Below, piece by piece: positions 57,677-64,000 of a stretch of 64,000 nucleotides of DNA. The position numbers were made by a program, and so were the translations under genes. How positions within the stretch are numbered: the first letter of the stretch is position 1; every line of letters starts with the position of its first letter. The stretch covers positions 27,927 through 91,926 of the forward strand of contig CADAKI010000001.1 of assembly GCA_902788485.1 (NCBI GenBank). The letters are read 5' to 3'. The stretch comes from an uncultured Pseudomonadota bacterium (lineage in GTDB: Bacteria; Pseudomonadota; Alphaproteobacteria; Rs-D84). The notes beneath the pieces are model-generated. The model was given only the letters and a program-made list of their open reading frames with translations, did no database searches and was not told the origin of the DNA.

Positions 57677-59923
57677 ATGACGAAAGAGATTGAATTGAGA
57701 ACGTTCTTTAAAATTTTATCGGCTTTATTTTTGTGCACACCGGCGGCGGTGGCGGCACCCATTTCGCAACCCGCGGGCAGTAATCTGACCCAATACAACG
57801 GTTCAATGGGATCCATCGTTGGCAATCAATGGAACAACGCAATCAACCCGCGCAATAATACCGGAACCACAAAGGCCACGGCCGATTTTGGAAATTGTAA
57901 TTCGTTAATTTTGCGTTGTGCATCACCCAAATGTTCGGGTGGCGGTTGTGCAAATATGGATATTGCGAAACCGATTGTTGCGGGCTGTGTAAATTCTAAT
58001 TCTGCATGTAAAAAGCATGGTGACGATTTAATAAACGCAATCGCGGCACAATTAGTATCCGATTCAATCGCGGCACAAAACAAACAATCGGCAAACGCCG
58101 CCGCTGCGGCTGCCGCGGCGCAACAAAACAATACGGCATTGCAACAACAATTACAATCGATGCAGCAACAAATGGCATCTATGCAACAACAAAATAGTGA
58201 ACAAATAAATTCATTACAACAACAGTTGGCGGAATCACAGCGCGAAACACAAAACGCGGTCGCGTCGGTCGCGGAAAATGCATCGCGTGCGGCAACGGCG
58301 ACAAATAGCGACACGGGCCTGACCCCGGTGCAAGAGGCGGCGGCAAAATCGGGTGTATCGGATGATGTAATTGCACGCGCCACAATTACCGGACAAATTT
58401 TAACCAGTATGGAAGGCGTCGACCAAAGTTTGAATAATTTAAAAACAACAATGCGTGACGCGTTCCGCTATGCCAAATGTAACGAGGTCAATGGAAATAA
58501 TTGCAGTGCCCCAAAACGCGTTGCAAAATTCCGCGAATTGGCAAACAAATTTATGGAACCATACGACGCATTGGCGGACAACCTGGACGATGCATTATTC
58601 ACCGCGCAATCGGTCGGTGTTGATTTGGGTAATATTTATATGTTTTTCAGTGGCTCTTGCAACCGTTGGGCGGAATACGTTTGCCGTGGTGATTATGCTG
58701 AAAAATGCACTGGCGAAGGAGAAAGCAGAAAATGTGAATCCGGTTTACCAACATATAAATATGGAGATAATTGCATAAAAGATACACATAAATCCAGCAA
58801 AAATAACGGCATCACTCGTGGAGGACACGATTGTTATGAAGGAAATGTTATTCCACCCGAAGATTTAATTGCATGCACGCCGAATAAATACCTGGACCCA
58901 AGCGATGGCCCAATCCAAGAAAAAATCTTAAATCCCGACGCAACATCCACGGGTTCGGTGCGTATCGGTTGCGCCAGTGACAGTATAAACAACAGCATTA
59001 TCCGCCGTCGCCGCAGCAGCAGTAAAAACAAATCCGGCATCGATATTGATTTATTGGAAATATTACTGAATCAAAATGAAGCAAGTAGTAAATTTAGCAA
59101 AACATTTGATAAATGTGATTCCGATACGAAATCTGCATGTTATTGCGGTTTGGGAAAAAACAATAACGACAGCGAGCTATCTGTTAGCATAAACAAAGCA
59201 ATAACTCAATTAAAGACCGCAACCGTATCAAAAACTTTGGGCAAAAACGCATGTATAGAATCATTTAGTTCCGCGGCAGCGACAACCAAAATGGTTGACT
59301 GTTATGATTTAGACCAAGATGTCTCTTATGTTGACCCGATATTTGCGCTGTGTGATACACATGCATGGAACGCGGGAATTGAATCAAATGACGACATTAA
59401 CGGTTCTGGCAAATCTGAAAACCGCGAAAAAATGAACGAAATTATCGCACTGAAAACAACCGTGATTGCACAACAAATGTATAAACAATACGCGACATTG
59501 GAACAAATGATTAAACAATTAAAAGTTATGTTGGAAAAAGAAGTGTTAAAGGCATCTGTCCAGGTTGCCGGCGGCACATCGTCCGACGACGATACATCCA
59601 CAGACAAGGTAGAGTTTTCATCTTGTTCCGCATTTGACGATGAAGAAGCATTAAGTTGCTTGCGCGACAATTACGCAAAATTACAACCGATTGTTGAAAA
59701 AGGCAGATTAAATAACAATTACAGAGACCAACTGAGCAAAGATTGCGCAGTAACCAAGGCATTACAGGTTGTAACAAGTTGTGATAAATGTTCTTCTATA
59801 AATAGCAAACAAAAAATGAAAGATTGTTTAGAAGTTATTGCCGGCGGTATGAATGCATTAAACAGGCGAATCAAAGACGACAAAGCAAAAAATAATAGTG
59901 TATCATATCGATTGATTCAATAA
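57677..59923 (+). CDS. Large secreted cysteine-rich protein with Ala/Gln coiled-coil segment (hypothetical)
   Basis: 748 aa. Signal peptide LSALFLCTPAAVAAP, about 40 Cys, a poly-Ala/Gln coiled-coil (AAAAAAAAQQNNTALQQQLQSMQQQMASMQQQ), and RRRRSSS. No recognisable catalytic domain. Flanked by repeat copies A and B. Confidence 0.5.
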   Translation: MTKEIELRTFFKILSALFLCTPAAVAAPISQPAGSNLTQYNGSMGSIVGNQWNNAINPRNNTGTTKATADFGNCNSLILRCASPKCSGGGCANMDIAKPIVAGCVNSNSACKKHGDDLINAIAAQLVSDSIAAQNKQSANAAAAAAAAQQNNTALQQQLQSMQQQMASMQQQNSEQINSLQQQLAESQRETQNAVASVAENASRAATATNSDTGLTPVQEAAAKSGVSDDVIARATITGQILTSMEGVDQSLNNLKTTMRDAFRYAKCNEVNGNNCSAPKRVAKFRELANKFMEPYDALADNLDDALFTAQSVGVDLGNIYMFFSGSCNRWAEYVCRGDYAEKCTGEGESRKCESGLPTYKYGDNCIKDTHKSSKNNGITRGGHDCYEGNVIPPEDLIACTPNKYLDPSDGPIQEKILNPDATSTGSVRIGCASDSINNSIIRRRRSSSKNKSGIDIDLLEILLNQNEASSKFSKTFDKCDSDTKSACYCGLGKNNNDSELSVSINKAITQLKTATVSKTLGKNACIESFSSAAATTKMVDCYDLDQDVSYVDPIFALCDTHAWNAGIESNDDINGSGKSENREKMNEIIALKTTVIAQQMYKQYATLEQMIKQLKVMLEKEVLKASVQVAGGTSSDDDTSTDKVEFSSCSAFDDEEALSCLRDNYAKLQPIVEKGRLNNNYRDQLSKDCAVTKALQVVTSCDKCSSINSKQKMKDCLEVIAGGMNALNRRIKDDKAKNNSVSYRLIQ

Positions 59924-59928
59924 TTTTC

Positions 59929-59954
59929 ATCTGGGTTTTCACCCAGATTTTTTT
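59929..59954 (+). terminator. Rho-independent terminator of the 748-aa gene
   Basis: atctgggt-tttc-acccagat hairpin followed by TTTTTTT, 6 nt after the stop. Confidence 0.65.
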
Positions 59955-59971
59955 ACCCGCCACGTCACCGT

Positions 59972-60090
59972 CCCCTTCTTTATGAAAGAAGGGGTGGATT
60001 GCAAGCGAAGCGAGCAAGACGGGGTAATTGTGCACGGCGACGACAGTCGCCATAAAAAATTTTATTATTCTTTCATTTATAATTATTATT
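59972..60090 (+). repeat. Hairpin-containing ~100-bp repeat, copy B (downstream of the 748-aa gene)
   Basis: ccccttctttatgaaagaaggggtggattgcaagcgaagcgagcaagacggggtaattgtg... with an extra ggcgacgacagtcgcc palindrome. Confidence 0.6.
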
Positions 60091-60099
60091 TTACACCAG

Positions 60100-60170
60100 T
60101 TAAAACAAACATTTCACAATTACCTCCCCCGCTAATGCGGGTACTCCTTCTTTCATAAAGAAAGAGACAG
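60100..60170 (-). repeat. Inverted, partial copy C of the same repeat
   Basis: ctccttcttt-cat-aaagaaagag at 60145-60167 is the reverse-oriented hairpin with one mismatch. The adjacent cacaattacctcccccgc is the reverse complement of the gacgggg..ttgtgaaa segment in copies A and B. Confidence 0.5.
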
Positions 60171-60200
60171 TGCGCAAACACACTGAAAACAATAATTCAT

Positions 60201-60680
60201 CTATTGCACATTAAATCGTGCCATATTCGCGTGTGTCATGGCGATTGCGATTGCGTCACTTTCATCCGCCGTTTTAGGTTTTGCCGCCGGCAATAATATT
60301 TTCAGCATTTTATAAATCTGTTCTTTGTCCGCATGCCCTGCCCCGGTCAACGCCTTTTTGATAATATTTGGTTCATATTCAAAAACCGGGATATTATTAT
60401 GCGCAACACTAACAATCGCCGCCGCACGCGCATGCCCCAATAACAAAGTTGTCTTTGGATTTTTATTAGAAAATATAATCTCGATACTACACACATCAGG
60501 TTTGAATTTTTCACATAACTCTGACACACCACGAAAAATAAAATCCAACCGTTCCGGCAACGGCAATTTTGTTGGTGGCAAAATCACACCACTGGCAACA
60601 TATGTACGCGACGACCCGGCAACATCAATTATCGCCCAACCTGTATGCAATAAACCCGGATCAATTCCAATAATTCTCAT
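60201..60680 (-). CDS. ruvC: Holliday-junction resolvase RuvC
   Basis: 159 aa. MRIIGIDPGLLHTGWAII; the catalytic D, E, D, D are positioned as in RuvC. Confidence 0.9.
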   Translation of the reverse strand: MRIIGIDPGLLHTGWAIIDVAGSSRTYVASGVILPPTKLPLPERLDFIFRGVSELCEKFKPDVCSIEIIFSNKNPKTTLLLGHARAAAIVSVAHNNIPVFEYEPNIIKKALTGAGHADKEQIYKMLKILLPAAKPKTADESDAIAIAMTHANMARFNVQ

Positions 60681-60785
60681 GATTTGATTATAACATCTGT
60701 TTCACAAAAAAAATAATAAAAAAGTTGTCGGCTTTGCCGACACATTAACTGAACTTTGAACTTTGCACTCTGAACACTAAAAAAA

Positions 60786-60808
60786 AGCCCATCAGGGCTT
60801 TTTTTTAA
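60786..60808 (-). terminator. Rho-independent terminator downstream of yebC
   Basis: agccc-atca-gggct hairpin flanked by A8 and T8. Confidence 0.5.
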
Positions 60809-61521
60809 AGTGCAGCAGTGAATACCTTCTGCACATCATCATTGTCATCCAGCGCATCAACCAATTTTTCTAATTTTGCATACGCCTCGTCATCTAAATC
60901 AACCGGCATATTCGGGACCCAAGTCAATTCCGCACTTTCCGGTTCACCCAATTTATCAGACAAAAATTTCTGCACAGTGATAAAATCATCAGGTTTGGTT
61001 GTGATGATAAACCCTTCCTCTGACGATTCCATATTTTCAACCGCAGTTTCCATAATGATTTCCATCATTTCATCTTCGGTTTTGCCGATGGACGCCGGAT
61101 ACATAATTTGACCCGCGTGTGTGAACATAAACACGACCGAGCCCTCTTCCCCCATATTACCGCCATTTTTGGCAAAAATATTACGGATTTCCGGCACAGT
61201 CCGACGCGGATTATCGGTCAATGCCTCGACAATAACGGGGACCGCATTTGGGCCATACCCTTCGTACCGGACGGCAACAAAATTTTCCGTATTTGCACCG
61301 GACGCCTTGTCAATCGCGCGTTTGATATTATCGTTCGGCATAGAATTTTTGCGTGCCTGCAAAATTGCCAGGCGCAACCGCGGGTTATTATCCGGGTTTT
61401 TATCGCCCATTTTGGCCGCCATTGTTATTTCACGCGCCAACTTGGTAAACAGTCCGCTGCGTGCCGCATCAACCAAACCTTTTTTATGTTGGATGTTGTG
61501 CCATTTACTGTGTCCACTCAT
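60805..61521 (-). CDS. yebC: YebC/PmpR-family transcriptional regulator
   Basis: 238 aa. MSGHSKWHNIQHKKG...AKNGGNMGE consensus. Confidence 0.9.
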   Translation of the reverse strand: MSGHSKWHNIQHKKGLVDAARSGLFTKLAREITMAAKMGDKNPDNNPRLRLAILQARKNSMPNDNIKRAIDKASGANTENFVAVRYEGYGPNAVPVIVEALTDNPRRTVPEIRNIFAKNGGNMGEEGSVVFMFTHAGQIMYPASIGKTEDEMMEIIMETAVENMESSEEGFIITTKPDDFITVQKFLSDKLGEPESAELTWVPNMPVDLDDEAYAKLEKLVDALDDNDDVQKVFTAAL

Positions 61522-61571
61522 ATTTGACCTTTTGATTTAATTGGTTTAAAATACTTTCCAAAGGATAACAA

Positions 61572-62150
61572 ATGATTGGCAAATTGCAAGGAATTGTTGA
61601 TTATATCGGTGACGGGTTTGTCATTTTAATGGCGGGTCCCGTCGGATATAAAGTTTACACACCAAATTACCTGACATTAAAATCAACGGTGGCACTATGG
61701 ATTGAAACCATCGTCCGCGAAGATTCAATCCGCCTATTTGGGTTTTTATCATTAAATGAACAGAACCTGTTTAACAATTTAACATCTGTATCGGGCGTCG
61801 GGCCCAAGGTTGCATTGGGCATAATGTCATCAATCAAAACCGATACATTAATGTCGGCAATTGCCACAGGCGACGCAAAAACAATCGCGACCGCCCCGGG
61901 GGTTGGCAAAAAAGTTGCCGAAAAAATCATTGTCGAATTAAAAAATAAAATGGGCGGCGCATCATTTGATTTGGGCAACACCGGTGGAAACGCATCTGCA
62001 TTACCTGATTTGTTATCTGCATTGGAAAGTTTGGGTTATCGTCGTATTGATATTGTTGATATGGCACAAAAATTGGTATCCGAAAACCCGGAAATCGATG
62101 TTGCCAAATTGGTTCCAATGGCATTAAAAATTATAAGCAATGGTAAATAA
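61572..62150 (+). CDS. ruvA: Holliday-junction branch-migration protein RuvA
   Basis: 192 aa. MIGKLQG N-terminal OB domain and two HhH motifs (LTSVSGVGPKVALGI; IATAPGVGKKVAEKI). Confidence 0.9.
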   Translation: MIGKLQGIVDYIGDGFVILMAGPVGYKVYTPNYLTLKSTVALWIETIVREDSIRLFGFLSLNEQNLFNNLTSVSGVGPKVALGIMSSIKTDTLMSAIATGDAKTIATAPGVGKKVAEKIIVELKNKMGGASFDLGNTGGNASALPDLLSALESLGYRRIDIVDMAQKLVSENPEIDVAKLVPMALKIISNGK

Positions 62151-62151
62151 A

Positions 62152-63453
62152 ATGAATAACGATACTATATTTGCTTTATCGTCCGGGTTTGGAAAATCCG
62201 GTATTGCGGTAATTCGCATATCCGGCGATAATTTACAAGAATTTGCAACACACATTATTGGCAAAAAAAATCAAGAACTGAAATCTCGCCACGCTTATTT
62301 TTGCAATCTGCGCGATGACGCGGGTGATTTAATCGACCAATGCGTTGTGATTTATTTTGCGGCACCGGCGTCCTTTACCGGCACAGATGTCATTGAAATC
62401 CACACACACGGCGCAACGGCGGTAATCAACAAAATATTTGAATTTTTATCCCGCCACAACATGCGCATGGCCATACCCGGCGAATTTTCCCGTCGTGCAT
62501 TTATGAACAACAAAATGGATTTAACCGATGTCGATGGATTGGCGGCGTTATTGGACGCACAAACAGACCGCCAACGCCAATTTGCATTAAAATCTATGCT
62601 GGGGGGGGATGGCGAAATTTACAACGCATGGCGCGAACAAATGGTTGAAATCGCCGCGTATGCCGCCGCAATTTTGGATTATGACGCGGACGATTTACCA
62701 CAAAACATCGATGAAAAAATTTTGGCTAAAACCCGCGCATTACACCAAGAAATCAAAACAACACTTTCACATTATAATATATCGCGCGCAATCACACATG
62801 GATTTAATATCGCGTTATGCGGCGAAACCAATGTTGGCAAGTCGTCATTGTTTAATAAATTGGTTGGCACAAACCGCGCGATTGTATCCGATATCGCCGG
62901 CACAACACGGGACGTTATATCTGCACAAATTGATATCGACGGGTATTTGGTAAATTTATCTGATACGGCGGGCATGCGCGAAACCGGTGACGAAATTGAA
63001 AAAATGGGAATCGATAAAACAAAATCAGAAATCAATTCCGCCGATTTGGTCTTGCATGTATTCGCCGACGACAATGTCGTCACACCAACGGACAAAGAAA
63101 TCATTGTTATAAACAAATGCGACAAAATCAAAACCCATAATAACAAAAATGCGATTTATACATCTGTAAAAAATGATTCAGGCATTGACGAATTGGTATC
63201 CGCAATTCGCAAAAAAATGCACAACATATTGGACGGCGCCGAAAACAATTTGATAATAAATGCCCGCACACATAAATTATTGTCGGATACAGAACACGAA
63301 TTAAATTCTGCCCTGACAAAATTTGACGGCAATTATGATATATTCGCCGAACATGTGCGTCGTGCCGCCGACAACATCGGAAAAATATTGGGAACAATCA
63401 CGGCAACGGACGTTATGGACGCAACATTTTCACAATTATGCCTGGGAAAATAA
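62152..63453 (+). CDS. mnmE: tRNA modification GTPase MnmE
   Basis: Start taken at MNNDTIFALSSGFGKSGIAVIRISG (aligns to E. coli MSDNDTIVAQAT...). The ATG at 62140 is also possible. G-domain GETNVGKSSLFN, DTAG, and C-terminal CLGK. Confidence 0.9.
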   Translation: MNNDTIFALSSGFGKSGIAVIRISGDNLQEFATHIIGKKNQELKSRHAYFCNLRDDAGDLIDQCVVIYFAAPASFTGTDVIEIHTHGATAVINKIFEFLSRHNMRMAIPGEFSRRAFMNNKMDLTDVDGLAALLDAQTDRQRQFALKSMLGGDGEIYNAWREQMVEIAAYAAAILDYDADDLPQNIDEKILAKTRALHQEIKTTLSHYNISRAITHGFNIALCGETNVGKSSLFNKLVGTNRAIVSDIAGTTRDVISAQIDIDGYLVNLSDTAGMRETGDEIEKMGIDKTKSEINSADLVLHVFADDNVVTPTDKEIIVINKCDKIKTHNNKNAIYTSVKNDSGIDELVSAIRKKMHNILDGAENNLIINARTHKLLSDTEHELNSALTKFDGNYDIFAEHVRRAADNIGKILGTITATDVMDATFSQLCLGK

Positions 63454-63490
63454 ATGTATTTATTATGCCCGCAAAGACGGGTAAAAAAAC

Positions 63491-63513
63491 CGCCCAACCG
63501 GGCGATTTTTTTT
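63491..63513. terminator. Bidirectional terminator between convergent mnmE and an acyl-CoA ligase gene
   Basis: cgccc-aacc-gggcg hairpin flanked by A7 and T8. Confidence 0.5.
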
Positions 63514-64000
63514 ATTCTTTTCTGTCCGGATATTTACCATCTAACAAATTTTTACGAACCTCATGATGTTTAATTTTTTGTGTAGATGTCATTGGCAAAT
63601 CATCCGTTGTCATTGCAAAATGTGTCACCCATTTATACGATGCCACCTTTTTATTTGCCGCCACCACCGCCGCAGACAGTTTTTCCATCGTCATACCGGG
63701 TTCAACCTGGAACACACCATAGGCAACGGTTTTACCACCAACAACATGTTCAAACACCGCGACATTTTTAACACCAGGAATATCTGAAAACAACGCCTCT
63801 AATTCATCCGGATAAACATTTTTACCAGAATCCAAAACAATTACTTGCTTTTTACGACCGGCAAAATGCAATTCGCCATTTTTATCCATAAACACCAAAT
63901 CCCCGGTTTTGAAAAATCCACGTTCGTCAAAAGATTCCGCATTGGCCTCATCGTTATTCATGTATCCACCAAAAACCTGATGTCCACGCACCCACAGCAT
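63512..64000 (-). CDS. AMP-dependent synthetase/ligase (acyl-CoA synthetase), C-terminal part; gene continues beyond the window end
   Basis: MLWVRGHQVFGGYMNNDEANAESFDERGFFKTGDLVFMDKNGELHFAGRKKQVIVLDSGKNVYPDELE is the AMP-binding enzyme C-terminal region (GDL hinge, VYP). Confidence 0.7.
   Translation of the reverse strand: MLWVRGHQVFGGYMNNDEANAESFDERGFFKTGDLVFMDKNGELHFAGRKKQVIVLDSGKNVYPDELEALFSDIPGVKNVAVFEHVVGGKTVAYGVFQVEPGMTMEKLSAAVVAANKKVASYKWVTHFAMTTDDLPMTSTQKIKHHEVRKNLLDGKYPDRKE

Noticed and set aside
57826-58383. 185-aa minus-strand ORF rich in Ala/Cys
   Set aside because: It is the reverse-complement reading of the GCN/CAA-repeat (poly-Ala/Gln) segment of the 748-aa gene, a repeat-driven shadow.
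1-64000. rRNA, tRNA, tmRNA/SRP RNA genes and CRISPR arrays
   Set aside because: No tRNA T-arm consensus (GGTTCGAATCC-like) was found in any intergenic spacer. No spacer is long enough for rRNA. No regularly spaced short direct repeats were seen.

Overview
This 64-kb window looks like chromosomal DNA from a low-GC Gram-negative bacterium, most likely an alphaproteobacterium. The main evidence is a MucR/Ros-family regulator; this is a guess about taxonomy, not an identification. The window is densely coding, about 60 genes, and mostly housekeeping: tatA/tatB/tatC, lolA, nrnA-like, recJ, ftsL-ftsI, a SufS-SufT-SufE module, trxA, dksA-like, thrS, gltX, trmB, a ybeY-lnt fusion, rarA, ftsK, yajC-secD-secF, ctpA, mutL, greA, lptF/G, xerD, trxB, serS, typA, recA, secB, mltA, ruvC, yebC, ruvA and mnmE. 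No rRNA, tRNA or CRISPR array was found. Four regions look accessory or unusual. (1) 18.1-20.2 kb holds a tightly coupled four-gene cassette: a membrane protein, a colicin-DNase/HNH-like protein, a SUKH(SMI1/KNR4)-like protein and an RHH_4 protein. (2) 57.5-60.2 kb carries a 748-aa cysteine-rich secreted protein flanked by ~100-bp direct repeats that contain a perfect 10-bp hairpin. (3) 47.0-53.1 kb is a six-gene glycosyltransferase island between typA and recA. (4) Short structured repeats sit at the 3' ends of ftsK and serS and duplicate those 3' ends. Two further oddities are zinc-finger-less DksA and MucR homologues and a roughly 3-fold genome-wide depletion of the AG/CT dinucleotide. All calls come from reading the translations and motifs by eye; no database search was possible.
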